This document shows, one piece after another, positions 42,570-57,576 of a stretch of 64,000 nucleotides of DNA. A model generated the notes under the pieces. The model made no database searches and was not told where the DNA came from. It saw nothing but the letters and a program-made list of their open reading frames with translations. The stretch is taken from positions 84,754,001 to 84,818,000 of the forward strand of contig OX597820.1 in the NCBI GenBank assembly GCA_951406725.2. Direction: 5' to 3'. The stretch is from Octopus vulgaris (taxonomy: Eukaryota). The position numbers and the translations under genes are program-made. Every line of letters starts with the position of its first letter. Positions within the stretch are counted from its first letter, which is position 1.

Positions 42570-43090
42570 AGCTGTGAGTTGGCAGACTCGTAAGCACAAC
42601 TAGCTACATGTTTCGCGGTATTTAGTGTCTTTAATTTCTGAGTTCGAATTCCTTCGAAGTAGATCTCGTTTTTCATCATGTAATCGACACACTCCTTTCT
42701 CCAAACTTACTATCCTTCTGCCAAAATTTGAAATCACTATTAAGGTGTTCGTAGAAGTTCATTGCTATGACATTAAATTATCTCTTATTTATTAAAGAAA
42801 TATTACAAAGTTAGATATGAGAGAAAACTTCACAATTAAAGAAGAAACATTGTCAAAAGTTAAACTATAAAATAATTATTTCTACTATAGATACAGGACA
42901 TTAAATCAAGTGGTATGGGGCTAGTTGAGGACAACAACCCAAGTGCTTAACTAGTATTTATTTTATTGACTCCGAAGGATGAAGGCAAAGTCGACCACGG
43001 TGAAATTTGTAGTCAGAATGTAAAGGCGGACGAAATGTCGATAAATATTCTGCCCAGCTAGCTAACAATTGAGCCAGATTGCCTGCTTAT
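42570..43090. mobile_element. Two SINE family C copies in opposite orientation
   Basis: Plus-strand copy ~42570-42735 (GAGTTGGCAGACTCGTAAGC...CTGAGTTCGAATTCC) and minus-strand copy ~42885-43090 (AAGGCAAAGTCGACCACGG...GCTAACAATT). Confidence 0.6.
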
Positions 43091-44099
43091 AAGCTATAAA
43101 ATATACAAAGATGATCTAAATAACTTACGGCATTTATTCCGATGCAGCTTTGTCAACTTCCATTCTAGAGTCACAAGTGTAACAGATTAGCAAAATTTTA
43201 GCGCAGAATGCTTTAGAATATTCGATCGGAGTAAGTGCGTCCTTGTTTGAAGTCACGAAATCTGCCGTTTATTGAAAGATGTAATCTGTCACTCATTTTA
43301 GCAGCATCTCCTAGGGTTTGAAAGCTTTTAGTTGAAGCAATTTTGACAAAAATATTTGACGTGCAATTCCAGTTATGCTATTACCTTGTTATCAGTTTCG
43401 GATGCTTTACATGTGTTCATACTTACTGATTGTTACTGCATAGAAATAATACTAAAACAGGTTTAGCCCCCACTAGAGACATTGCTTTATTGCAATTATT
43501 ACAATTATAAACTATGTTATCGTATTTCTGGGGGATACATACAAATATCTATATCATAAAAACACAAGATGTTTTAGACACCTGAGGATAAATTTATGAA
43601 TCAAAAGTTAACCTATGATTGAAATGGTGATTACTATCTGCTCAAATTTTATTGTATATTCTTGACCATAACAATTCACTGTCGAAGACTGTTCCTTGGA
43701 GGTAATGATATGAAATAACTCCTATCTAAATCTAAACAAAAACGAATAAAAAGGAATTCTTATTTTTCGGTGAGTGAAAGCCTCAAGATGCTTTTTTTTT
43801 CCCAGTACAATAACTAAATTAGTGTATTTGGCAAGATGGTGTGATTGCTTTTGTTTAGGAGAAGTTGTTTCATTGTGGACTATTTACAAAACTTGATATA
43901 AAAATATCACTGTGAATGGGCTAGGAAAACCAGTAAAGGAAGACATGACAAATATAGAATTAAAAAGAATGCGTATAAATACATAGGAAATTGAGGTGAA
44001 GCAATTTGCACGGTGCTAAAATGAATAACTGATTTTCAGAAATTTAAAATAAAGTTAAAAGAAAGCAATCATAGAAAAGCAGCCGATGCTGCTGCGCCT

Positions 44100-45027
44100 G
44101 TGTCTGACGAAAGCGATGGCGATAATTATGAGGAGGGGAAGAGGAGGAAGAAGAGAAATACGGTGACAACAATGACGATGACTACAACGATGAAAATGAG
44201 AATGATGATGATGTGGATGACGACATTTTTGATAAGAATCTATATAAAGTTGCTCGTGAATGTGTTGCTGATGGAAGTTGCGATGCTGATGCTGACTATG
44301 CTGTTGGTAACGATCAAGTTTATTTTGATTACTTATCATGACTATGACGCCAGTAATGAAATCATTGGTAATGATGAGAACGCTGACAGTGAAATATTTG
44401 CTGATATTCCTGGTCATATTCATGGTAATGATAATTATCTAAGTTGTATTAATTAAAGTAATGAAATTTCTGGACATCAGAGATTGAAATAAATGAATAA
44501 TAAATGAAAAAATACGATGAGGCGACATGATGAAAATTTTATTAACTGAAGTAAATGATATTATTAAAATAACTTTCTACTAATTATAATGACATTGGTA
44601 GAAATACATGTAACAAAAAATTTTAAAAAAGACTTACAGGTATTCTTCATTTGTTACAATAAATATTATTTATATGACGAGACAGAACACATATAGATTA
44701 CATCATGATTGTGATTATAATTAAGAAGATTATGACAAAGATGATAACGAAGATGGTAAAGAAAATGATGATGATGATTATGACGATAATGAAATAGAAA
44801 AATGTGATAGTGGTAATGGAAATGATATGGCGGCAGTAAATATTTTGACAGTGACGACGAAGATGATGAGGATGATGATGAAGACGACTGTGACGACGAT
44901 GATGATGATAATGATGATGATGACGAAATCGATGACGGAGATGATGGTAGTGAAAACAATGAAAAAATATAATGGTATAAATATTAGAAATACAAAACTG
45001 ATATTTTAATATTAAATGCATCGCAAA

Positions 45028-45064
<37 letters not shown>

Positions 45065-45081
45065 TCTTATGTGTGTTTGTG

Positions 45082-45154
<73 letters not shown>

Positions 45155-45165
45155 GTGTGTGTTTA
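44100..45165. repeat. Degenerate (GAT)n low-complexity region followed by (GT)n
   Basis: Direct reading. It explains the Met/His/Ser-rich spurious ORFs. Confidence 0.85.
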
Positions 45166-46160
45166 CACGCAAGCAAATATATTATCGTATATTTACATTT
45201 AGAAACACCTGAAATTTCTTCAATTTATTTCCTGGCTATAAGTGTGCCGCAAAAAACCTGGCTGGAGGCTCAACGTTCCGAGCTCATTTACAAGGTTTAG
45301 AAAAACTGAAGGACTGCTGCAATGTGTACATTTGAGATTGGAACATGCAGAATAAAATCAAAATTGTGTGATTCCCCTGTACCTTGTTATACTTAAAGCC
45401 AGAAACTGTTCAGCACCTCCACGTACAATCCTGGGTTCTATTAATTACGAATATTCTTACTCTTGCGCCTCCACTTTTGTCATAGCCAACTATATGTACA
45501 TACGAAACCAAGTGAAAGCACTAAAAAATACACAACTAAATATCTTTTCATGTTTGAACTATAATCTAAAACAAAAAAATTATTTCCCTTTTATTCTTTT
45601 AAGTGTTTCAGCTTCAAAGCTGCAGTCATGTTGGGGCACATAGACAAAAGGTAAATTGTATAAAAAATCCAAATATGATCAAGTGCCAATAGATTGAGTG
45701 ATGCGAATGAGAACGCAGTGCAGCAAATATGAATGGATGAGGTTGATGCAAATTGTTTTCAAGTTCGCTTTCACGGGAAACATATTGCACTCACCACAAC
45801 TCGCCTCATATATTTGTTACAATATATGCTTGACGCCATCATGATAAACCGTGTTTTCCAGTTAAAAGACACCAAGCCTCATCTTAGAGACAAGGCCAGA
45901 GATGGCACTTGACGTTACTGTTGCTACCATGACCAACATATTATAGTAGGCGGACATGAGAACTTCATAAATCAGGGTCCAGTTGCGCTTCGCTCGACTA
46001 CAAAAAATCAATCATTAGTTGCCAATTATGGACATATCTTGGCTGTATAACATTGTGATTGTACTGGGAGTCGTCCTTTGCTGAACATTTAGCATGTCAA
46101 TGTACAGATCACGAAGGCAATGAGGGGAAACCAATAAGAGAAGAAAAGTAAACAGGTAAT

Positions 46161-47405
46161 TATTGGGTTATCCGGAAAGTCATGCCAATTTTTAAAGGAG
46201 ATTAAGACCAAACAAAATCACGCTATCAAATATTTATTCAACTAAATATGACCTTTTGTTGCACAAATTCTCTCCATATTTTCTGAACTTAAAGATTCTA
46301 TCTCCCTAGAATTTCGATGGTTTTTGTGAAAAAAAAACTCATTAAGGTGATTTTATATGTCCTTCAATGAATTAAACATTTTTACCGTTGAGATTATTTT
46401 GAAAGGATCTGGATAAGTGAAAATCAGAAAGAGTAATGTCTGGTGAATATAGAGGATGGTATAATAATCCCAGGCAACATATTTTGTCAGGTCGCCAAAG
46501 AAACGTGAGGGCTGGCATCCTGATGGAAAAAAAAACACCTTTCCTTGTCGCGAAATCTGGACATTTTTCTTGAATCGCAGCCTTTAAACCGTCCTTTTGC
46601 TAGCAGTTACATCTCAGAATTAATTGACTGGTTACTTAGCAGAAGCTCATAGTACTGAATTCCTTTCCAATCTAAGCAGATGCAGAACAGGACTTTCTTA
46701 GTATGAAGACCTGCTTTTGGGGCGGCCAAATGCAGCATATGCCGCTTACCCCAGGATCTTTTTCGCTGAACATTGTTGCATAAGATCCATTTCTCATCAC
46801 TCGTTACTTGAAAAAGAGTGCATTTTCATTGCGTTTATACAGAAAATCACAGATAGAGATGCGATCCAAAATATTCTTTTCACTCAGATCATGTGATAGA
46901 TACTCAAACATCGTAGCGATTTGTGTACCAAAGCTTCACTAAGTGCTCATGGACGGTGGATTTTGATAAATTTAGATAAAACCATGCATTGCGTAATACA
47001 TATTATTCTCAGTCATCGTCTTGATTTGGTCTTCATCTGGAGTTGGGTATCTGCCTAAGCGTTCTTCATCAATAAGGCTACAATCACCCACTCTAACCTA
47101 CCGAACCACATCTATACAGTTCTACCAGTACCTTCACCGTACACAGCACATATATTTTTGTTGCTTGCAAGGCATTTTTGCCTTTACGGTAATAAAAATA
47201 TATCAAGCATCTAAAATGGTCCTTCTATTTTCATAGAGATTCAAAACAGACACGAATTAAGTTATTTTAAACTTACTTACTCAGGAGATAATGTGGGCTA
47301 ACCAGAAATGTAAGCATATTATATATGTCTATACATTCGACGTGTTCTAACCTATTGGATCATGAGCGATGAAAAATCAGCATGAACTTTCCGGACAAAT
47401 CTATG
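46161..47405 (-). mobile_element. Degenerate mariner-like element (~1.25 kb)
   Basis: TIRs TATTGGGTTATCCGGAAAGTCATGC and GCATGAACTTTCCGGACAAATCTA. Mariner-typical length and decayed transposase-like interior. Confidence 0.7.
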
Positions 47406-49002
47406 AATAAAACTTAAAGACAAAATATCGAAAGCAAAATGATATTTATTAACTTTGAATATTTACAAATAAATGAATATGTTCGTTCCTTTGTTATCTA
47501 AATACGAACAATCATTTAAATATTGTGATCTTCCTTTTATATACTTGGCAATGATAACATCTAAATCCCAAATACCATAAATTTACCAGATATTAATATA
47601 TCTGCTTGCGATTTCGAATACACTTTTTCTGTTTGAAAGTCTGGATGAATTCATAAAACAGAATAAACAAATATTTTAGTTCGATGTAAGGAAGAGAGTT
47701 GTTTTGACGGGAGAAATGTTATTTATTTTGATATTTTGGGACGATAAATGTATCTAATGAAATATCATTAGAATAATTTTTAAAGATAGATTTTAATATC
47801 TTTTTACGTAAAACGACTTTGTTATGTTTTTCATAAATTCTCCTTCGCCTCGAATACATGCTGAATACAAAAAGAGAATTGAATAAATAAGATTAACCAA
47901 GAGAACCATTGTTACAAGATTTGTATATTGATATAAAAAATCAAAACTCAGAATCCTTGATATATATTTTATAAGTACACACCAGACTACATTACATCTG
48001 CTTTTTAATATATTTTATGAAATATATATATTAAACATATTTCGTTTTCAGATAAGCATGTACAAATGACAAAATAGAAGTAAACAACAAAAAGATAGAC
48101 CATATTCATAGTTAATACGATTACATTAACGCTCAGGAAGAACTGTAACAGTAAAAGTTATAATGTTTCGGAAATAGTCTCTATTTGAATACAGGAGAAA
48201 AACAGACGAGAAGGAGAATGGGTATAAAAGAAGATGAGAGTGAGGGAAACTGCATGGGGATTCATCAGGACGTCAGTGCATTTGGACTTTTCAGTGTACT
48301 TGAAACGATAACACCAGAAGTGTAGGAGTAAAGAACTATAATTTGCATATTACTCTGTTCTAAGAACTGATCTGAATACATGCAGCGTCCAAGCGGACAG
48401 TATTAATTATCTAACTTTCAAATATAGAGCTTTCCTATACTTGTTCTTTCTGTCTGGAAAGTTTTACTCAGTAGTTAAACAGATTTTGATTATACAATCT
48501 AATATTTTTCAAGGAACTGTGCGTTGCGATTGTTCTCATAATCACGAAATTCATAGGAGTAATTCTGTATAATTTTGGCCAAATTTTCATATTTACTGAG
48601 AGACACATATAGAAAGAGATGGTGATAAATACACAGACATATACGTATATGTATGCATATTTATGGTTACATTCGTGTGGGTACGTATGAGCTTTCGTTC
48701 ATAATTCTGTGTGTGTGTTGTGTATGATTTTGCGTGTGTCCTTATAATGTGTGTGCGTGTTTGTGTGTGTGTGTGTCTGCTGTATACCGACATTAATGAA
48801 TAATGAAATAACGAAATGAAGGATTGAGTAAATGAAAATGAACGTATATAAATAAAATAATGAACTGAAGAAAGAAATTTAAAAAAAAATATATCTAAAT
48901 TCTATTCGTAAATTTAGCAAACTAATGAACGTAACCTCTTCATGAGCAACTATTGATTATATTAATTAAGAAATGTGATTTTTTAATGTTTTCTAGGTAA
49001 GT

Positions 49003-49041
<39 letters not shown>

Positions 49042-49067
49042 ACCTACATACCTACCTACATACATAC

Positions 49068-49100
<33 letters not shown>

Positions 49101-49464
49101 GATATAGATATAGATGAATCATTCGAGAAACACAGGGAAAGACAACAAGAAAAAAAAACGTTTCACTCTCTAATTACATTACAGCTAGCGTTTGGAAATC
49201 ATCAACTAACATAATTTATTTATAGTCGTAGGCTTTCAATGTGTTCGGATTTTTAAATAAATTTTCTGCATTTGTATTTTTCTACTAAATATCAGTATTT
49301 TTCCCCCTGCTTGTGTGGTAGGTTTTTTTCTTTTTTCCCTCTCTCTCTCCGTGTTTTCTCTCTCAATTCTCTCAGAAGCTTGTTTATTGTCGCTCTCCTT
49401 TCGCTACTATTATGTCTACTACTTCTTGTAGGAGAAATAATAGTAACTATGATGCTCGTTTATG

Positions 49465-49732
<268 letters not shown>

Positions 49733-50787
49733 ATCTGCTTTAGTTTGATATAGTGGCAAATGGACAAAATACTTAATAAGAAATCACTCGAATATGTGAT
49801 GATAAAATGAGGCATTGTTTTGAGCAAGTGTTTGTCTGCATTTTAATATTTTATTTCCTCGTGGAAAAGTTGACTTTTTTGTTAAATAACTACTGATATA
49901 ACCGTCTACATTAAGAAATATACTCGAAATAGCTGCCGGGAAATAGTTGCATCGGCAGCAAAATTGATATTTGAATGATGTTAGCTGTATGAAAATTTGC
50001 ACTTTAGCCACGGAGAGAGGGGAGATAACCAACTTTAACTGAATGGCCACATTGAAAAAATGGATTTTAGAACGTTATTCGTTTTGATTCAAGTATCTAA
50101 GCATACTGAACCTGAATGTTGGCAGGGAAAAAATACACGATATTAGTTCATATGATTAATAACATATGAATAATTTAGTTCAGAGAAGATGTGATCCATA
50201 CTCTGTAAATTTCTGATTCACAGAACAGAATAAAAAATAAAATAATAATTGGGCACCGAAAGCTTTAGACGCAGGTAGATGTCAAACCTTTATATAAGAT
50301 AATGTAGGTTATATAGAGAAGGCATACCTAAGCGTCTAACTCTGTGAGGTGAAGTAAAGTAGTACTTTGCAAGAACGAAAACATTCTGCTTCAACCTACT
50401 ACAATAGAAATATGACTTAGGTACGTTGAAATTTGAAGAGATAAAAGCATATCAAAGCACAATAAAGGGAAGCCCTGGAAGATATACACCAGGATAGAGA
50501 GTTCTAGAAAAACACCAAGAATAAAATGATTCATGATTCATTGTAAGTCTTCGGTGTCGAAGTTTATGTAGGGAAACAGAAAACTGGTGGACAGCTGCTG
50601 AAGAATAGTCACTAAATATTAATTTAGTTTGGAGCTAAAACACGCATTTTCATCCAACAAATACCATTATATATTCTGAAAGAATTGTACGCATATTCTC
50701 GATATTTGAGGAGACTTGTAATGACCAAGCCTCAAGTTAACATTCCTGCTAATTAAATTGAATTGTAATTTGATGATGATGAAGATG

Positions 50788-50865
<78 letters not shown>

Positions 50866-50879
50866 GAAAAATCCGGTGT

Positions 50880-51450
50880 AATGATTCTCAAAGGGAGGGG
50901 GGAATCAATTAAGGGTCAAGCAGGAAAGTGGTGAAGCAATAAAGGAAGTCGGCGAGGAAAGATATAAGTAGGTGGGTATCATTGAAAGCGATAAGATGGA
51001 TGAACACAAGATGAAAGAAATGTACAGGAAAGATTATTTGATGAGAACGCGGCTTGTGCTCCAATCGAAGCTAAATAGCCGCTATAAGATTAGAGCAATT
51101 AGCACGTGATTGCTTCCTTTGATGAGATATGGGGCAGGAATAATATCTTGGGAGAAACATGAATTACAAGTGATAGACCGGTGAACACGTAAATTAATGG
51201 TAGACGAACAATGAACTACACTCGAAGAGTGATAAGTGAAGATTGTATGTAAAGTAGATAGGACGACAGGGTCGAGTGTGTTGTGAATTTTGTGTAAGGA
51301 ATGATGAAAATAGCCTAGCTTGGTATGTGAAGTGGAGTAAAGAAGAAATGACTGAAGCAGTGAAAATGCAGGGACCCTTAAAAGTGAACGAAACCGTAGA
51401 TCCAACACAATTTAAGAAAGACCAGTCAGTTCTTGAATAAAAATGAGTTT
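50880..51450 (+). mobile_element. R4/Dong-like non-LTR retrotransposon fragment
   Basis: Translation DYLMRTRLVLQSKLNSRYKIRAIST*LLPLMRYGAGIISWEKHELQVIDR*TRKLM, typical of the R4/Dong post-RT region. It lies just after (TAA)n at ~50788-50862. Confidence 0.75.
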
Positions 51451-51792
51451 GGTTAGAATAGAACCTGGCAATTGCTGCAAAAGGTAGAAGTAATGCATGT
51501 ATTTTGGACATGGTATTCTGTATTCTGCAAGAATCTCAAGGAAAATTCTAGAGATGTAAGAAATCATGTTACTAACATGTTTCAGAATAATATAGAGGTT
51601 AGCTAAATTTGAAAGTCAAATATTTTGGTTTGGCAATAATGATGATGAGGGGGAAGAGGAAGAAGGGGATGAAGCGGAGAAGGGGATGAAAGAAGTAAAA
51701 ACAACTACGACAGTAATAATAATTAAAAGAAAGGCAAGAAAAAGAGAAAAAAGGAAGAAGTACAACTAGAAGAAGAGAAAAAGAACAACAAT

Positions 51793-51836
<44 letters not shown>

Positions 51837-54800
51837 AAAACTTATGTTTTAATCTTAAGAAGGTTTTCTAACATAAGCATGAAAACGGAGAACGAACATG
51901 TCAAAACAGACATCAAAATATCCTCACTCTGACTAGGTCTCCCTCTTTCTCCCTGTCCATTTCCCTATCAACATGTCACTCGCACTGTCTGTCACGTCAA
52001 GAAGAAAATAAGCTGGTATATTTGTTATGCTAGATTACTTTTTAAATTGTTATTTAAATTGTTGTCGTTGTAATTTGTTCACCATACATCGCTTCGGCTT
52101 AGAAAGCATCATGCATATAAAAATGAACGCAACGATCCTATAAAAGACAACCATACCATCCTCGTTGAGATATAACAACCTTTGGCCTGTATGCCACACT
52201 CATCCCTCTAATCTACCCACTTCTAGTCTGTCTTCTGGCTCTCCATCAAACTTGACAACGTTATTATCTTTGGGTGAGGGCAGACTCTAGGAAGAAAGCG
52301 AAATAACATAAAAACCAGGACAACTAAAGATGATTCTGACTTTGGAGACTTAAACAGCAATTACGAGAAAACATTTCATTTATGTGAATAATTTCGAAGT
52401 ATCTATCAAAGATGTCTTTCCATTGCGTTTTCTGTTGCATAGGAGCTCATATCACAACAGAATCATGGTAGTGCTATGCGAAAAATGAACAAGAAATATA
52501 TTATTAAAGAAAGTAACCACGAAAGCAAGAAAAATGTTGAATATCTAGAATGATATGCAATTGCTTAAACTGGGAATAAGGTTTACGATTGCCTGTTGTC
52601 TATATAAGGAGTGATTTAAAGTATCCTGTTGACTGTGAAAGTGAAAAATATTCATAGAATGATAAACTAAGAATTAAGAAAGCCAACTGATGAAAGCCAA
52701 ATGTTAGAGTACAGCTCCCGAAAGCGAGAGAAATAAATAGCTGCCGTACAGACGAGAACACAAAGAGCATATATGGCGAAAACCCTTCAATTAATGTTTA
52801 ACAGTCTCAGATAAAACAGTATATGATAAGCAAACGTCATTGTATTTGTATATATTGGAAAAATCACAAAGCCAAAAGTTGATAATATCAATGCATTAAA
52901 TATGCACGCTACGATCAGTTGTGTAACTTACACAATATTAACATCTTCGGTCGACATATCTAACTGGGAACATAATCAGCAGGTTTACTCCATAAACAGT
53001 AGTTGCCAGAATGATCAAGGACAACGTGGCAACAGAAAAAAGAACAGGAAATAATAAATATAGTGAAGATAGTCAGAAGAAGTGAGGTAAAGATGAAAAT
53101 ATACATGGGAAAATGGAAGTGGTGAATATAAATTATTAAGTAGATAAGGTAGAAAATTAAACAGGCAAAATATGTCCATCGCAGCAAAGAACAAACGATC
53201 AAAGAGAGAACTAGAAAGGAACAGATTATAAGGAAGATTAAGAAACAGGAGGAGGAGGAGAAGTGAAGAATATGGGGTAAAAAGAAAGTAAAAAAAAAAG
53301 GAAAAAGTAATAGAAAAGAGACAAATCAAATTAGACATTGCGGATAGGGCAAAATATAGACTATAGTGTGCCAAATATGGAATCAAGTACGTCGTAAGTT
53401 TAAAAAAAGGAAGGTTGAGCAAGTGTAGCCTTTTCAATTGGATGGTTTCCTCATTAACAATAAACTCTAATTCTACTGATTTCTTACCACATGCCAGGGG
53501 AAATATAAACGCACACGATGCACGAATTGCGGTCATCACAAGCTTATCCTTCAATTATACATAGATATATACACACGCACACACAAACACACACACTTAT
53601 ATATAAGAAGATTTCAGAAAGAAATATAATCTTGTGTGATGAAAAGTTTTGAAGATATAAATAAAAATACATCTATGAATTTAAAATGTAATTACAATAT
53701 ATAATATCCACATCAACAACATATTCATGTGTTAGCTATTCACAAATATTGGTCGTATACTGTCGGTAGGAAAATTATATTATAGGAGTATTTAGTTCGT
53801 GGGAAATACAGGTTAATGATTGTACTTGATTGAAATATCCTTAATCTGTTGTTGTATCATTAACACGCCACGTACATCGAATTAGAAGTCCAAGGGAATA
53901 AATGTTGATTGCTTAAGAAATATTTTAACAAGAAGACTATGTCTGTTATGGAACTTCGCAAATATCATATATATGGAGAAAAACAAATTTATAATTTTGG
54001 GTATAAATATAAAATATTTCATATAAAATATGATATATATATCTTTTGGGAAACTCTTGCAGTATTTATTTAATACTGAATGAGATTCACTTTGGAATTC
54101 AGATTCTCTCACGGGTATATAAATAGGAAGTACAATGATGATAAGTCAACACTAGAAATTTTTTTTAAAAATCATATAGAATAAACGAATTATAATACCA
54201 TTAATACAGAAATTAGAGACAGATGGGGTGGAAATAGGAACAGCTTAGGACGAATGTAGACGTTGTAAAAGGATATCTATTTTTATATTTAGTTAAACAG
54301 GCTCTCACCCAAATTCCTGTAATGTTACTTTATGCTTTTAATACGCAGTGAATTTATTGCATTTATTTTGCATATTTCCCTATTACCAAAAATAATTTTC
54401 AAGGAATCGCGCAAACAAACGTTGTAATTAATTCTACCACTCTGGTAAGTGCATTGATCAGTTTGACAGTATATTTTCTGGTGCAGAATTTGTTCAGGAA
54501 AATACTGGCATGCTCACCAACCATTAAGTGTGTTATATTTGTAATGTGGTGGTCTCTCTTGTTAGTGATATGTTACTCTTCTATTAAAATTATATAACCG
54601 ATGTGATCTTCCTCACTATATAGGCTTCTTCCACAAAACAAGCAATATGTATATGTGTATGTGTGTGTGTGTGAGAGAGAGATAGAGAGTATTGTCTTTT
54701 GTGCGTGCAATTATATATTACTATACAAATATTAGATGTATACATATTCTACTCTAGAAATAAATTAGTGTAAAATATTTTCAATTAGAATTATTCATTC

Positions 54801-57148
54801 TCATTTTCTATTTAATAATTTTTGTAATAACCTATCATGAGTTAAAAAGAACTAGTTATTACTTTATGCTCAAATTGAATATGTAATGCCAAGCTATCAC
54901 ATTTGTCATCAATGCCTTTGTTGTTTATTCTTTATGAACTACAACTCATTATAATTTATTAGATTTTACTGTAGCTTTTAATCATACAAATTGCGTCCTT
55001 AATTTGTTTAACGTGTTTGTCTCCTATGTGTTCACATAACATTCATTGCATTCGTTTCCACAGAATTATCAATAAGAGCTCAAATGTTTTAGATACTTGA
55101 GAGACGCCTTTATTCTCTTCTCAGGGTCATGCTATCCTTACCCTTAACTAGTGCAGGCAGTCACTACCCTCTCGATGCGTTAACCAATCATTATTATATG
55201 CTTGTGGTGTCGAACCGTCTGCGGAACTCAAGTTCCCCCACACTATTTGATCTGGCAGAACGTCTAATGTCACTTATCAGGAGAAAGGGCCGCACCAGCA
55301 CACATCCAACACTCATTACAGTTGAGTGGATTGAAGCAACATGACATGAAGTACCTTCCTTTCTGATGCAATCTAAATGATACCCAAAAATACTACAGGT
55401 GAAATACTAAACTATGAAAAAAGGGTTATCTATTAAATGCATGTTTGATGATTCCCTTTCATCTAAATTCGGTTTATTTTATCACTCTTACAATTACTAT
55501 TCAGTGAAATATGCCTCTTCGTATATTTTTTTATTGATTATATTATATTAGAAAAAATTTTTTTATTTCATTTAAAATTTTGGTCATCGATAGTTTTTCT
55601 GCAAGAAGAATTCAGGGTTTGCTTTCTTTTCATTTTGAATAGCAGAATTACATAATGTAAAAAAATTGTTTTAATTTTTTTGCTGATAGTGATATTTGTA
55701 ATAGGAATGCATTTTCTATTTCTAGTTTTTTCCTCAAACCTACAAAATTCCGTTTGATCAACATGACAACCTATCTATCAAATTTACGTTATGTATTCCG
55801 TTTTGATAGCAAACAAGCATTTGTTTCTTTATTTTGTTACTCATGGTTATAAGCTACGAATTACTCCATCTAATATTGTCTATATAAAAAGAATTATTAC
55901 TTTATGTAACCCGTGAAATTAGAGTTTAAGTTTTTTTTTCTTTGCATTTGTATATTTTTTAACATAAGACAACATATATGTGTTAGAATAGCAAGTTTTT
56001 ATTTTCGTTCTCTGACAAAAACTATAATTTACGTGAAATTCATACGTATTGCATTTGCTATAATCAATGAAAACATATAAACAATTTTATTAAATGTATA
56101 CTGAATGTGTAGAAATTAATAATTCCTAATAAAGTATTAAATGAGTTATACGATTATAAAATTTACAAGTGATATGGGATTGTTGAAATACAAATTCTTT
56201 TACAATCCATTTAATAAAACAGCTTCCACTGGACAAAAGCAACACTGGACCGTTGGTCTCATTTTCAATGAGACAAGGAACAATGCACTATGGATGTTTT
56301 ATATTCACTAATATGGCTTTTATTTGATCACTAAAACACTTAATAATAGTTCTAGACGTTTTACTTGATTATATTGCATTGATGTATCAGATACGCTATG
56401 CTGTTGAGCATGAATATATTTCTATATGCATATCACACGTTTTAAGGATGAACATGTTTACTAAAATTGCGCCAGATCTCTGAATGTGTTCAGACAGCAG
56501 TGCCGTAATTCAATAAATCTCCTTTATATTCTTCTTCAGGATGGAACCTTTGCGTGGTTACTTGAACTTTTATAAATAAATTCATATTCGATGTACTCTG
56601 CTCTCATTAAAAACATTGGCTATATTGGATAAAGTGTATCTAATTTTGAAATTACTTTATAGATAATCGCTGCACTTATAACTGCAATGATTTTAATTAA
56701 AGATCTAATCAGTCAGAAGTGACAGGTTTCTAGATAGCAGCTATGCAAGTTTTAGGTATACAAAGTGATCTAGCACTAAGCAACAATGACCGCAATAATT
56801 GTTTTATAATGCATCAAATTACTTTCTATTTGACAAGAATAGAATGAAATTATATTGTCAAGTAACATTATTATTATCAGTGAGCGTTCGTATATGATTG
56901 TATGCTTTCACTGCACAACAGGACACAATATTTTGTGGTTTCGTATATTCAAATTTGTTGGAGGAGGGGAGATACACTTTCTGTTGTAGTGAGTGTTGCC
57001 TATGTATAATATTAATGCCATACCTTGTGCTATGTGTTATGAGTAGGAAGTGTGTACCGTTATTGGTAATTCCATCACCCGCTTCTTAAAATTGTTTATT
57101 AGGAAGTGTCATTTTATTTAGCAATAATATTTTTATTCAACCCACCTC

Positions 57149-57576
57149 GGATCTATTCGGTTTGAACGGCAGTTTTTAACATAATTTCTAGGTAACTTCG
57201 TATACTGGTAGAATGTGTTTATAAAACATCTTTTTCTCTTGACTTTATTAAGAATATTCTATAGTTTGTAAGATATTTATTGTTTTGTTCTTCAATTTCT
57301 GCACTTTCAACTAATCACTGACGTCCATTGAGGTAAACAACATTCTGTGCCGTATGGATATGTCCCTCGTTTAAGAAACAGATTGGGTTTATTTACATTT
57401 TTGAAGAAAAAAATATACCCTACCCCCACCCCTATCCCTAACCCTAACCTTAACCCTAACTAACCCTAACCCTAAAATAGATTGAAATGCAATACATCGA
57501 TACTAGGGTCAAAATTATGGGTGACAATTTCATATGACACCGCTAGAAAAAACTGCCGTTCAAACCAAAAAGATCC
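57149..57576. mobile_element. 428-bp MITE with GG-terminal TIRs and 8-bp TSD (Merlin-like), containing CCCTAA repeats
   Basis: TIRs GGATCTATTCGGTTTGAACGGCAGTTTTT and AAAAACTGCCGTTCAAACCAAAAAGATCC. TSD CCCACCTC at 57141-57148 and 57577-57584. (CCCTAA)-like array at ~57418-57476. Confidence 0.85.

Noticed and set aside
53015-53554. 179-aa hydrophobic ORF as a membrane protein
   Set aside because: It is the antisense of a purine-rich low-complexity tract, which gives F/L/S-rich translations with no motif.
56870-57140. 3' LTR matching the region after 60520
   Set aside because: Only a short match (CACTGCACAAC) is visible by eye, so the LTR pair and boundaries cannot be supported.
57418-57476. 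True telomere or chromosome-fusion scar
   Set aside because: The array is short, degenerate and enclosed within a TIR/TSD-bounded MITE.
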